A stretch of 64,000 bases of DNA from the NCBI GenBank assembly GCA_965224025.1, contig OZ245033.1, forward strand, positions 4,832,001 through 4,896,000, read 5' to 3'. Made by a program: the position numbers and the translations under genes. Positions 1 through 9,275 of the stretch are shown here, piece after piece. The notes under the pieces were generated by a model. That model searched no databases. It worked only from the letters and a program-made list of their open reading frames with translations, and had not been told where the DNA came from. Each line of letters begins with the position of its first letter. Position 1 is the first letter of the stretch. The stretch is from Candidatus Multivorans sp. (GTDB lineage Bacteria > Acidobacteriota > Thermoanaerobaculia > Multivoradales > Multivoraceae).

Positions 1-84
1 GCCGAGAGCAGGGATCGCTGCAAGGGCAAGCAGACCGAGTGCAGCGCCGGACTTCTGCCACCGGCGCCTATGGCGTCGCATCAT
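1..84 (-). CDS. 5' end of a secreted protein (partial, runs off window)
   Basis: ATG at 84 overlaps the upstream stop (ATGA); reads MMRRHRRRWQKSGAALGLLALAAIPALG, a signal-peptide-like N-terminus. Confidence 0.55.
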   Translation of the reverse strand, partial: MMRRHRRRWQKSGAALGLLALAAIPALG

Positions 85-1214
85 GTTTCCAGAGCCTCCA
101 GGCGACCCTCGACGATCGCCGTCCGAGCCGCATCCAGCAGAGCGCAACGAACGCCGGCGTCCGCCACGAGGGACAGTTGACCACCGCCGATCAACCGGCG
201 GGCCAGTTCCACTCCGACGTAGCGCGTAACCAGCTCCCGGTCGAGGCCCGGTGCCGCCACCGATTCCTCCGCCTCGCCGTCAACACGCTCCGAGGCGGCA
301 ATCAGAAACGTCCTGATGACCTCCCTGTCCTGCTGCGCCAGCAACAGGTGGGCGAGCCCCGTGCCGACATCGAACTCCGCATCTCCCCAACCGCCGTACT
401 GCGGGTCCACGACCCGGACGCAGCCGTTCGGCAGCAACAGCCAGTTGCCGGGACTGAACGCGCCGTGGACCAGGCACGGACCGCCGTCGAGGTAGCACCG
501 GCCAAGCTCGGCAACACCATCGCGGAAGCCGCCATCCGACCGCAGCGCCGCCGCCGCCGCCCCCAGGCCGGGCTCCAGGTCGTCGAGCACGGCCTGATCG
601 AGCGCGAGACCGTCGGCACCGAAACTGGTTTCGCCGGCCGGCGACAAGGCGAAAGGCGCCTCGAACAGCAACCGGTGGTTCAGAGTCTTCATCCCGGGGT
701 TGGCAAGCTCCGGCTCCTGCCCCCCGCGCGTTCCGCAATGCAGCGCCGCAAGGAACGAGCCCAAACCGTCCGCGGCGTCCTCGCTGAGCAAGCCGCCCCG
801 GTAAAGCGAGGTCAGAACACGAGAACCGCGGAAGTCCTCGAGCAGCACCAAGGACCGCACCTCGTCGCCGCCGAGCAGACGCGGCATGTGCACAGCGGCC
901 TCCGGCAGCCGGGCGACCCGCCGGTAGAACCGGAACTCGGCCCCCCCACGGTCCGCCGGCATGGCGACCGACTCGTCCCGCGGCAGCCAGGGCAGAGCCT
1001 GCTTCAACACCGCGGTACGCCAACCGCCGCGCAGTTCCTGCAGCTCGACTCGAATTACGGTGCTCGAGTCGCCGCCGAGGGACGTGCAGGTCGTGACCTG
1101 CTCCTCGTCTCCCAGCCAGCCGGCCGCGCCCATCACCAGGTCCACCCGGCCGGCCTGACTCGCCGAAAGCAGGGGGACTTCGGGATGCTCTTCCTCAAAC
1201 TCAGCCCGACCCAT
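81..1214 (-). CDS. Methylthioribose kinase/APH-like phosphotransferase-fold protein with degenerate catalytic motifs
   Basis: VLKQALPW, LLEDF, HGAFSPGNWL (HGD position), VVDPQYG (DPE position), G-D-x-EFD. Confidence 0.7.
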   Translation of the reverse strand: MGRAEFEEEHPEVPLLSASQAGRVDLVMGAAGWLGDEEQVTTCTSLGGDSSTVIRVELQELRGGWRTAVLKQALPWLPRDESVAMPADRGGAEFRFYRRVARLPEAAVHMPRLLGGDEVRSLVLLEDFRGSRVLTSLYRGGLLSEDAADGLGSFLAALHCGTRGGQEPELANPGMKTLNHRLLFEAPFALSPAGETSFGADGLALDQAVLDDLEPGLGAAAAALRSDGGFRDGVAELGRCYLDGGPCLVHGAFSPGNWLLLPNGCVRVVDPQYGGWGDAEFDVGTGLAHLLLAQQDREVIRTFLIAASERVDGEAEESVAAPGLDRELVTRYVGVELARRLIGGGQLSLVADAGVRCALLDAARTAIVEGRLEALET

Positions 1215-1266
1215 CGGCGCAAGCTATCACCGCCAAATGCCGACCGGCCGCCGTAGAATGCGCCGC

Positions 1267-2022
1267 ATGGAAAGCAGCGGTCCCGGCGCAGAGCCCGAGG
1301 TGCTGCGGATCGCGATGTGGTCCGGTCCACGGAACATCTCAACGGCCATGCTGCGGGCGTGGGGAAACCGCGGCGACACCTTCGTCTGCGACGAGCCCCT
1401 GTACGCGAACTACCTCCTCGATCACGGCCTCGACCATCCTGGCCGGCAGGACATCCTCGCCCACCACGACAGCGACCTGGAGCGGGTCACGAAGTGGCTG
1501 ACCGAGGACGCGCCGGAAGACCAGCCGATCTTCTACCAGAAGCACATGGCGCATCACCTGCTGCCGGGCGACCGGTCATGGGTTGCGCGGCTGACGAACG
1601 TGTTCCTGATCCGCGACCCGGCCGAGATGTTGACCTCGCTGATCCGCATCCTTCCGCGGCCAACCCTGGCCGACACCGGCCTGCCGCAGCAACGGGAGCT
1701 GTTCGAGCTGGAGTGCGAGCGGCTGGGAGAGCCCCCGGCCGTGATCGACTCGGCCGACGTGCTGCGGAACCCGCGCGCGGGGCTTGAGAGCCTGTGCCTG
1801 GTAGTCGGCGCGGAGTTCGACGAGGCGATGCTGAGCTGGCCGCCGGGCCGCCGCGACACGGACGGGATCTGGGCGCCGCACTGGTACGGCGCGGTCGAGA
1901 AGAGCACCGGCTTCGCGCCCTACCGGTCCAAGAACGAGCCGGTGCCCGACTTCCTCGCGCGTGTCCTAGAGGAGTGTCAGCGGCACTACAATCACCTCGC
2001 AGCGCACCTGCTTTCCTTCTGA
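1267..2022 (+). CDS. Sulfotransferase-like P-loop protein (aminotransferase IV-associated)
   Basis: RIAMWSGPRNISTAMLR, FYQKHMAHH, FLIRDP, WAPHWY...STGF motifs. Confidence 0.8.
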   Translation: MESSGPGAEPEVLRIAMWSGPRNISTAMLRAWGNRGDTFVCDEPLYANYLLDHGLDHPGRQDILAHHDSDLERVTKWLTEDAPEDQPIFYQKHMAHHLLPGDRSWVARLTNVFLIRDPAEMLTSLIRILPRPTLADTGLPQQRELFELECERLGEPPAVIDSADVLRNPRAGLESLCLVVGAEFDEAMLSWPPGRRDTDGIWAPHWYGAVEKSTGFAPYRSKNEPVPDFLARVLEECQRHYNHLAAHLLSF

Positions 2023-2043
2023 CCAATCGACCCACCGCCTGCC

Positions 2044-2943
2044 ATGCTTCCAAAAGCCGATCCCAGAAACGCCGATCTGCTGATCAACATCAACGGCGAA
2101 CTGATTCACCGGAATCATGCCGGGATCAGCCCCTTCGATTCCGCCGTCCAGGGCGGCGACGCCGTCTGGGAGGGGCTGCGCCTGTACGACGGCCGGATCA
2201 TCAAGCTCGAACGGCACCTGGAACGGCTCCGCGACTCGGCCCTGGCCCTGGCGTTCACCGAGATTCCGTCCCAGGAGGCGATCATCGACGAGATCCGCCG
2301 CACGCTCGAAGCGAACGGGATGCGGGACAACGTCCACATCCGGCTGACGCTGACCCGCGGCGTCAAGATCACCTCCGGGATGGACCCGCGGCTCAACACC
2401 GCGGGGCCGACGCTGATCGTCCTCGCCGAACACAAGACCCCGGTCTACGGCTCGCAGCCGGTCCGGCTGATCACGTCCTCGATCCGCCGCTTCCCGCCCG
2501 ACTGCATGGATCCGAAGATCCACCACGCCAACCTGATCCAGTCGATCCTGGCCAAGATCGAGGCCAACGCGGCCGGCGCCGACGACGCCCTGATGCTCGA
2601 CCGCCAGGGCTTCGTCGCGGAGACGAACGCCACGCACGCCTTCGTGGTGCGCGGCGGCGTCGTCGTGACCAGCCACTGCCACGCCTGCCCCGAGGGCGTG
2701 ACCCGCTCGACCGTACTGGAACTCTGCCGGGACAACGACATTCCCCACCAGGTGACCGACTACTCCCAGGCCGAGCTCTACCGCGCCGACGAGGCGTTCT
2801 GCACCGGCACGATGGGCGAACTGGCGGCGGTCTCCGAGGTCGACGGCCGGCCGATCGGCAGCGGGGAGCGGCCGGTGTTCGGCCGGTTGCAGCAACTGTT
2901 CCGCGAGCTCACCGCCCGCTCCGGCTACCAGATCCTGGGCTGA
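2044..2943 (+). CDS. Aminotransferase class IV (branched-chain/D-amino acid aminotransferase-like)
   Basis: GDAVWEGLR, HLERL, DALMLD...AETN, EGVTR, DEAFCTGT. Confidence 0.9.
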   Translation: MLPKADPRNADLLININGELIHRNHAGISPFDSAVQGGDAVWEGLRLYDGRIIKLERHLERLRDSALALAFTEIPSQEAIIDEIRRTLEANGMRDNVHIRLTLTRGVKITSGMDPRLNTAGPTLIVLAEHKTPVYGSQPVRLITSSIRRFPPDCMDPKIHHANLIQSILAKIEANAAGADDALMLDRQGFVAETNATHAFVVRGGVVVTSHCHACPEGVTRSTVLELCRDNDIPHQVTDYSQAELYRADEAFCTGTMGELAAVSEVDGRPIGSGERPVFGRLQQLFRELTARSGYQILG

Positions 2944-2947
2944 GCCG

Positions 2948-4948
2948 ATGACCGCGGTTCACTCGAACCCGGCGGTTCACCCGGACCCGGAAGGGGTCCC
3001 GCCAGCAACCTCGCGTCTTCAGGCGGGGTTGCTCGGGTTGCTCCTGCTGTGGGCGCTCGCGGTCCGCCTCGTCTTCAGTTGGCCCGACCCGACGATGAAC
3101 CGCATCTGGGACGAGCGCTACAACGCCGGCAACGTCGCGGCGATCCTGGCCGAGGGTCAGCTTCGCCCGGTGCGCGCGCACTATCCGACCCTCTCCTACC
3201 TGCCGCACGCACTCGTCCTCAAGACCTGGGAGACCGCGCGCTCGCTGCCCGGCCTGCGTTCGACGCCGTCCGCCTTCGGCCTTGCCCGCGACGGCAGGCC
3301 CTACCTGACGCCCCTTGGCGTCCGCGCCTGCCGTGCAATCCAGGCCTTGGTGGGCACCGCCTCCCTCTGGGTTCTGTTTCTGATCGGCCGGCGCCTCTTC
3401 GGGCCCGGCGCCGCGCTGCTGGGCGTTCTGCTTCTCTCCGTGGCGCCCTGGCACCTGCGTCAATCGGGAGCGTTCAAACCGGACATCATGCTCGTCCTGA
3501 CAGCGGTCGTCGCGCTCTACGCGATGCTGGCGGCCAGGCGAAGCGGCAGTCCGCGCAGCTACGCCGTCGCGGGCGCCATGGTCGGCGCCACAGTGGCCTC
3601 GAAGTGGAACGGGGGCGCGCTCCTCGTGCCGCTATTCGTCACCATCGCCCTGGGCGGGCTTCGGGACGTCGGACTCCTCGCGCGGAGGACGGCCGCCGCC
3701 GTTGCCGCCGCGGCGGGCGTCCTGCTGCTCCTGAATCCGTGGCTGGCGCTCGACCCGGACCTCTACCGCCGCCACCTCGGCTCCACGGTGAACCAGTACC
3801 AGGAGCGGCTCGTGAACGCCGACTCGGGGTGGTTCGATCAGCCGCTCAGCGTGGCCACCAGCCTTGCCGGGAGCGTCTACTTCAGCCCAGTCCTTGGCGT
3901 CTGCGCCCTGTTCGGCCTGGGCTGGCTGGCCCTTCTCGCTCTGCGCCACCGTCGCGCGTCGGGCTCGCTCCCCGGCGCCGGCGGCGCCGTGACGACCGCC
4001 GACGCCTGGATCGTGCTGACCTTCTTCGGCGGCTACGTCGCCGCGCTCTGGACGGTCACCCGGTACCCGAAACCCCCCAACTGGCTGATCGTCGCTCCCG
4101 TCGCCGCCCTCGCCGGCGCCTGGCTGATCGGCCGTCTGGTCACCGCCGCTCGAACCACCGGTACCGTCCGGTGGCGCCGGGCGGCGGCGCCGGCGCTGAT
4201 CGTGATCGTCGGCACGGCTCTGGCCGCCAAGGTCCAGTTCGTTCACCGCACCGTCTACGACGAGAACGTTCCCCTGACGACGGACGAAGCGGCACGGGTC
4301 GCCGGCGCGCGCAAGCCGCTTCGGGGGCGCACGTTCGTGACCGAATTGCCGCTCGGCGCCCAGGCCTTCGACCCCAGAACCTGGGAGAGCGCCTTCGTTG
4401 CCACCGTGATCCGGACCGAAGACATCGCGGCCGAACTGGGCGCCGATGGGGCAAGCGCCGACGTGCTGCTCTTCTCCGCTTCGCGGCTCGAGTCGGATCA
4501 GGATCCCGTCTACAGGGAACTGGCGGCAGCGGCCGGCGCCACGCTGCAGCGCTTCGAACCGGGACTGTTCCGGCTACGCGGCGAGCCCGTCGTCCTGATC
4601 CGCCGGCGGTTCGACGCGCTCGGGCCGCCCTCGCCGGCTCTTTTAGAGGCCGCAGGCGAAGGCGTCTACGAAGTCGACGTCGTCGCTCCCGGCGGCGCCG
4701 CCGAGAGCCCCGAGCCGTCCCTGGTGTCGCTGGAGATCGCAATCCGCACGCCGTCCCGCGACGCGGTCGAGGTGGCGGTCGAGGCCGGCGACGAGCGTCT
4801 TCCCTGCCGCCTGACGCAGAAAGGCCGGCAACGCCGTCGCTGCCTGACGCCACGTTTTCCGCAGCCGACGGCGCCGATTCGCGTGAACGTCGAACCCGCG
4901 CGCGAGGTCGTCCTTGTCACCGCCTTCCGTTGGCGCCGGCACGACTGA
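2948..4948 (+). CDS. Membrane glycosyltransferase, GT39/ArnT(PMT)-like
   Basis: WDE motif after first TM, multiple TM helices, KPD and ASKWNG motifs. Confidence 0.75.
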   Translation: MTAVHSNPAVHPDPEGVPPATSRLQAGLLGLLLLWALAVRLVFSWPDPTMNRIWDERYNAGNVAAILAEGQLRPVRAHYPTLSYLPHALVLKTWETARSLPGLRSTPSAFGLARDGRPYLTPLGVRACRAIQALVGTASLWVLFLIGRRLFGPGAALLGVLLLSVAPWHLRQSGAFKPDIMLVLTAVVALYAMLAARRSGSPRSYAVAGAMVGATVASKWNGGALLVPLFVTIALGGLRDVGLLARRTAAAVAAAAGVLLLLNPWLALDPDLYRRHLGSTVNQYQERLVNADSGWFDQPLSVATSLAGSVYFSPVLGVCALFGLGWLALLALRHRRASGSLPGAGGAVTTADAWIVLTFFGGYVAALWTVTRYPKPPNWLIVAPVAALAGAWLIGRLVTAARTTGTVRWRRAAAPALIVIVGTALAAKVQFVHRTVYDENVPLTTDEAARVAGARKPLRGRTFVTELPLGAQAFDPRTWESAFVATVIRTEDIAAELGADGASADVLLFSASRLESDQDPVYRELAAAAGATLQRFEPGLFRLRGEPVVLIRRRFDALGPPSPALLEAAGEGVYEVDVVAPGGAAESPEPSLVSLEIAIRTPSRDAVEVAVEAGDERLPCRLTQKGRQRRRCLTPRFPQPTAPIRVNVEPAREVVLVTAFRWRRHD

Positions 4949-4958
4949 TTCGGGCGCC

Positions 4959-4985
4959 GGGAACGCGGGCATCTTGCCCGCATCC
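4959..4985 (+). repeat. REP-like palindrome copy (GGGAACGCGGGCATCTTGCCCGCATCC)
   Basis: Near-identical to copies at 24707, 26840, 36451 and 38096; GCGGGC...GCCCGC stem. Confidence 0.8.
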
Positions 4986-5063
4986 GACGCGCGGCGTCGG
5001 ACTTTGCAATGCTCCCGCGCGCTTGCCCCTTGCCGTTCGCCCGGTTCTGTGCAACCATGCCTC

Positions 5064-5078
5064 TGCTGCATTGCAGCA
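5064..5078. promoter_or_regulatory. Perfect palindrome TGCTGCA-T-TGCAGCA, PhaR-box-like operator
   Basis: Contains CTGC-N3-GCAG about 60 nt upstream of the WS/DGAT-phasin operon. Confidence 0.5.
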
Positions 5079-5135
5079 AGCAGTGCAGCAAACCGCTCCT
5101 GATTCCCCCAGATCCGCCGTCTTCTGGAGACCCCG

Positions 5136-6704
5136 ATGGCCACGGAACTGAACCGCTTCCTCAGCCCCCTCGACGCCGGCTTCCTCTACGTGGAGCGCCC
5201 CAACGAAACCATGCACATCGGTGGCTGCATGGTCTACGAGGGCGAGTTCTCCAGAGAACACATGATCGAGCAGGTCGCCGCCCGCATGCACCTGCTGCCC
5301 CGGTACCGGCAGCGCGTGGTGTTCCCGCCTTTTCTCGCCTCCCACCCGCTGTGGGTCGACGACCCGGACTTCGGCATCGCGAATCACATCGACGAGGTCC
5401 GGCTACCGGCGAACAGCAACGAGCAGGTGCTGGGCCGCGTGGCCGCCGAGGCCTACAGCGGCATGCTCGACCGCGACCGTCCGCTGTGGAAGGGCATCGT
5501 GCTGCGCGGCATTCCGGGACACACCGCCGTGGTCTGGAAGATCCATCACGCGATGGTCGATGGCGTCTCCGGCGTCGATCTGACCATGGTGCTGAGCGAC
5601 TTCTCGCCGACCGACGAGCTGCCGGCGCCGCCGGCCGAGCCCTGGGCGCCGCAGCCGCTGCCCGAACCCCTGAGCCTGCTCCAGGAGGCGATGCAGCACC
5701 GATTCAGCGAACTGAACCAGACCTGGACGGAAGCCGCCTTCGACGTTCTGCGGCCCAGCGTCATGGCGGAACGCACTCGCGAGATGATGTCCGCCGGCAG
5801 CGCCACGTTGCCGGTCAGCATCACTCCGGCGCCGCGTACGGTCTTCAACCGGCCGGTCGGCGGCGACCGCGGTTTCGCCTGGGCCCAATTCGCCTTCCCG
5901 ACGATGCGCGCGGTCAAATCCGCCCTGGGCGGCACCGTGAACGACGTCGTGCTCACCGTGCTCGCCGGCGGCCTCGGCCGCTACCTGCGCGCCCGCGGTC
6001 AGAACACGGCGAGGCTCGAACTCCGCGCCATGTGCCCGGTCAGCATGCGGCAGGCGGGAGAACGCGGACAACTCGGCAACCTGGTCTCGAGCATGATCGC
6101 CCCGCTATTCGTAGGCGTCGAGGATCCCGTCGAGCGCCTGGGCAGGGAACGCGACGCGATGAACAAGCTGAAGGAAGCCGGACAGGCCAAGGCCTTCTAC
6201 GAGTTGAGCCAGTTCGGCGTCCGCGTGCCGCCGCTGATGGCGGCCATGGGCGCGGCAATGCCGTTCCCGCAGACGCTGTTCAACACGGTATCGACGAACG
6301 TGCCCGGCCCGATGATCCCCCTCTACTTCGGACGGCACAAGCTGGTCGACTGGCTGCCGCTCGGTATCGTGTCGAACAACATAGGCCTGTTCGTCGCCAT
6401 CCTGACCTACAACCAGCGCATCACACTCGGCATCACCGTGGACTCGAAGCTGATTCCGGATCCGTGGTTCCTCACCCAGTGCCTGGAGGCGTCCTACACC
6501 GAACTGCGCCAGGCCGCCGGCATCGAAGACGACGAAGCAACGGGAGCGCGCTGCTTCGCCGCCCTTGACCAGGCCGAAGCGGCTGGCGCGGGAGCGCCAA
6601 AGCCGGCGATGGCCCCCGAGACCGCCGCTGCCGCGGAACCGGCCAGCGTCACACCAGCCGACGCCGCAGCGGATCAGGACGGCCCCCTCCAGGGAGTCGC
6701 ATAG
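5136..6704 (+). CDS. Wax ester synthase/diacylglycerol acyltransferase (WS/DGAT)
   Basis: LSPLDAGFL, LDRDRPLW, catalytic HHAMVDG, TVNDVVL, STNVPGP. Confidence 0.92.
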   Translation: MATELNRFLSPLDAGFLYVERPNETMHIGGCMVYEGEFSREHMIEQVAARMHLLPRYRQRVVFPPFLASHPLWVDDPDFGIANHIDEVRLPANSNEQVLGRVAAEAYSGMLDRDRPLWKGIVLRGIPGHTAVVWKIHHAMVDGVSGVDLTMVLSDFSPTDELPAPPAEPWAPQPLPEPLSLLQEAMQHRFSELNQTWTEAAFDVLRPSVMAERTREMMSAGSATLPVSITPAPRTVFNRPVGGDRGFAWAQFAFPTMRAVKSALGGTVNDVVLTVLAGGLGRYLRARGQNTARLELRAMCPVSMRQAGERGQLGNLVSSMIAPLFVGVEDPVERLGRERDAMNKLKEAGQAKAFYELSQFGVRVPPLMAAMGAAMPFPQTLFNTVSTNVPGPMIPLYFGRHKLVDWLPLGIVSNNIGLFVAILTYNQRITLGITVDSKLIPDPWFLTQCLEASYTELRQAAGIEDDEATGARCFAALDQAEAAGAGAPKPAMAPETAAAAEPASVTPADAAADQDGPLQGVA

Positions 6705-6720
6705 TGCGGGGATTCGCCCG

Positions 6721-7530
6721 GTGACATCGGCGCCACGCCGGCCAACCAACCCGATCTGGAGCGTGAATCCGCGCCTGCTGCGGGACACCGTTCCGGCCGC
6801 TCTGCCGCTGTGGCGCGAGGGCTTCGCGATCGCGGAGTTCTCCGTCCTTCCCCTGACGCCGATCTACCACGGCTTCGGCGTACCCCGGGGCGACGGCGCC
6901 GCGGTCGTCGCCGTGCCGGGTTTCACCGGCACCGACGGCTACCTGTCGCCGATGCGCGGCTGGCTCGGCCGCATCGGCTATCGGCCCTACGCATCGGGTG
7001 TCGGACACAACGCGAACTGCCTGGAACGGCTGGGCCAGCGGTTGACGGCAACCCTCGAGACCGCGGCCGCGGAGACCGGCCGCCGCGTTCACCTCGTGGG
7101 TCACAGTCTGGGCGGCGTGCTTGCCCGGGGCGTCGCCTGTCTGGGCCCCGACCTCGTCGCCTCCGTTACCACGATGGGGACGCCGATCCGAGAGGTCCGC
7201 GCCCACCCGCTGGTCACGCGGTTGGCGGAGGTCGTACGGCGGCGGGTCGCCGAGGAGGACGAAAGCCGGGATCCCCGGTGCTTCTCGGGCGACTGCCGGT
7301 GCGACATCGTGCGCGCGGTTCAGGGCGCCTTCCCGGAGGAGATCCCACAACTCGCGATCTACACACGGCGCGACGGCGTCGTTGCGTGGCGCTACACGCG
7401 CCTCCACGATCCCGCAAAGAACAGGGAGGTTCCAGGCACCCACAGCGGACTCGCCGCCAACCCGGTGGCCTACCGCCACCTCGCGCGGTTCCTGAGCCGC
7501 CATCCCGCGACAGGCGAGTCCACGCCATGA
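6721..7530 (+). CDS. Alpha/beta hydrolase (lipase/esterase-like)
   Basis: PRGDG..VVAVPGF, nucleophile GHSLGG, DGVV, H-S-G-L catalytic His; start uncertain. Confidence 0.85.
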   Translation: MTSAPRRPTNPIWSVNPRLLRDTVPAALPLWREGFAIAEFSVLPLTPIYHGFGVPRGDGAAVVAVPGFTGTDGYLSPMRGWLGRIGYRPYASGVGHNANCLERLGQRLTATLETAAAETGRRVHLVGHSLGGVLARGVACLGPDLVASVTTMGTPIREVRAHPLVTRLAEVVRRRVAEEDESRDPRCFSGDCRCDIVRAVQGAFPEEIPQLAIYTRRDGVVAWRYTRLHDPAKNREVPGTHSGLAANPVAYRHLARFLSRHPATGESTP

Positions 7531-8942
7531 CGACCGCCAACGAACCGCTGGCGGCCGACCGCGCCTTCCTCTGGAACCTGGAGCGCCAGAGCCCTGGACT
7601 GCACATCGCCGGCCTGGCACGGATCGAAGGCGGGATCGAGCGCCGGGACGTCCTGCAACTGGTGCGGCGCCTTCGCGGTCTGCCCCGGTTCGGACTCCGC
7701 GTGGAGACATCGCCCTTCGGCGCCCCTCGGTGGCGCTCGGCGCCCTTCGAACCCGAACAGCACGTCCACGTCGCTGCCCAAGGCGATCCCGCCTCCGCAC
7801 TCGACGCCGCTCTCGGAAAGGCCCTCGATCCGAAGCGGCCGCTCTGGGAAGCTCACCTCCTGCCCGCCTACCCTGACGGCGGAGACGCGCTGCTGGTCAA
7901 GATCCATCTCGCCGCGGCAGACGGCCTGGGCACCAACGATCTCTTCCAGGTCCTGTTCGACAGCAGCGCGAGGGGCGCCGACGAGAATCGGCCAGGACCG
8001 ACCGCGAACGGCAACGGCGGGAACGACGCGTTCCGGTCCAAAGTCAACTCCGGCAGGCGAATCACCGAGTGGGTCGAGAACTGGACCGGGGCCGGACAGG
8101 ATCTGGTCGAGGGCGCCATGCAACTCGCATCCGAGGAAGTGCGCACAGCGCTGCTGACCCTGAACGAAGTGATGCCCGACGCCGCCCTGCCCCCCCTGCC
8201 TCTGCCGTTCAACCGAGCCGTAGCGGGGCGCCGGCGCCTGATCCGCTCCGAACTCTCCTACGCCGACATCCGCACGATCCGCAGCCGGCTGGGCGGCGCG
8301 CTGTCGGACATCGTCCTCGCCGTGGTCGGCGGCGCCCTGGAGCGCTATCTCACCGCCCGTGGCGTGGCCACCGCCGGCCGCAGCCTGAAGATCGCCCTGG
8401 CGACCGACATCCCTGATCGCGACGGCAGCCGACGCAGCCTGTTGCCAATCGAAGTCCCATTGGATGTGGGCGCCGCGCATCGATTGCGCGCCGTTCATCA
8501 GCTCGCCCGCCTGTTGCGCGCGGCCCGGGTCCCGGACGCGCTGTCGCGCCTGATGGGTACGCTGCGCGCTGCCGGTCCGCTGGCGGCGGCCGCTACCGCA
8601 ATCACGTCACGGATCCGGCCGCCCTTCCACCTCACCGTGGCCAACGCGACCGGCCCCCAGATTCCCAAGTTCCTGGCCGGCCGACCGGTCATCGGCTACA
8701 CCCCGTCCTGGCCGGTCGGCTTCGGCCAGGGCCTCTCCTGCGCGTTCTTCGCCTACAACCAACTGCTGCACGTCGGCCTCACCGTGGACGAACGAGCCTG
8801 TCCGGACGGCGCCATGCTGCCCGACCTGCTCATGGAGTCGCTAGGCGAACTCCGCGAAGCAGCCGGCAGCGCCCCGCGCCGGCCGGTTCGCGATGCCCCA
8901 CTTGCGCCGCGACCGCACGCAGATCAGACCTTGGAGACATAG
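7527..8942 (+). CDS. WS/DGAT-family protein with degenerate active site
   Basis: LDPKRPLWE, KIHLAAADG (HHxxxDG position), ANATGP; ATGA coupling to upstream gene. Confidence 0.8.
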   Translation: MTTANEPLAADRAFLWNLERQSPGLHIAGLARIEGGIERRDVLQLVRRLRGLPRFGLRVETSPFGAPRWRSAPFEPEQHVHVAAQGDPASALDAALGKALDPKRPLWEAHLLPAYPDGGDALLVKIHLAAADGLGTNDLFQVLFDSSARGADENRPGPTANGNGGNDAFRSKVNSGRRITEWVENWTGAGQDLVEGAMQLASEEVRTALLTLNEVMPDAALPPLPLPFNRAVAGRRRLIRSELSYADIRTIRSRLGGALSDIVLAVVGGALERYLTARGVATAGRSLKIALATDIPDRDGSRRSLLPIEVPLDVGAAHRLRAVHQLARLLRAARVPDALSRLMGTLRAAGPLAAAATAITSRIRPPFHLTVANATGPQIPKFLAGRPVIGYTPSWPVGFGQGLSCAFFAYNQLLHVGLTVDERACPDGAMLPDLLMESLGELREAAGSAPRRPVRDAPLAPRPHADQTLET

Positions 8943-9275
8943 ATGAACCGTCCCGCCATTCCCAAGCAGGTGCTCGACTACCAGAAGCAGGTGCTCGAGT
9001 TCCAGAAGTCCGCGTTCGAGAACGGCTACAACGCGATCGTCGCGCTGCAGGAACGGCAGCTCGAACTCGCCGACCGGATGATCGGCCAGGTTCCGAACCT
9101 GCCCGATGAAGCCCGCGCCCTGATGCAGACCTGGCGCGACGCCGCCGAGGAGGGTCAACGGCAGTTCAAGAACACGGTGGACGGCTCCTTCGCCGCCGTC
9201 ACCACCTACCTCGACCGGCTCGCGGAGGGCTCTCCGGCCGAGGATTCGGCAAGCGAAACGGAGGCAACCGAGTGA
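8943..9275 (+). CDS. Phasin-like storage-granule protein
   Basis: 110-aa helical protein, KQVLEFQKSAFENGYNAIVALQE...W...FKNTVD pattern; operonic with WS/DGAT. Confidence 0.65.
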   Translation: MNRPAIPKQVLDYQKQVLEFQKSAFENGYNAIVALQERQLELADRMIGQVPNLPDEARALMQTWRDAAEEGQRQFKNTVDGSFAAVTTYLDRLAEGSPAEDSASETEATE

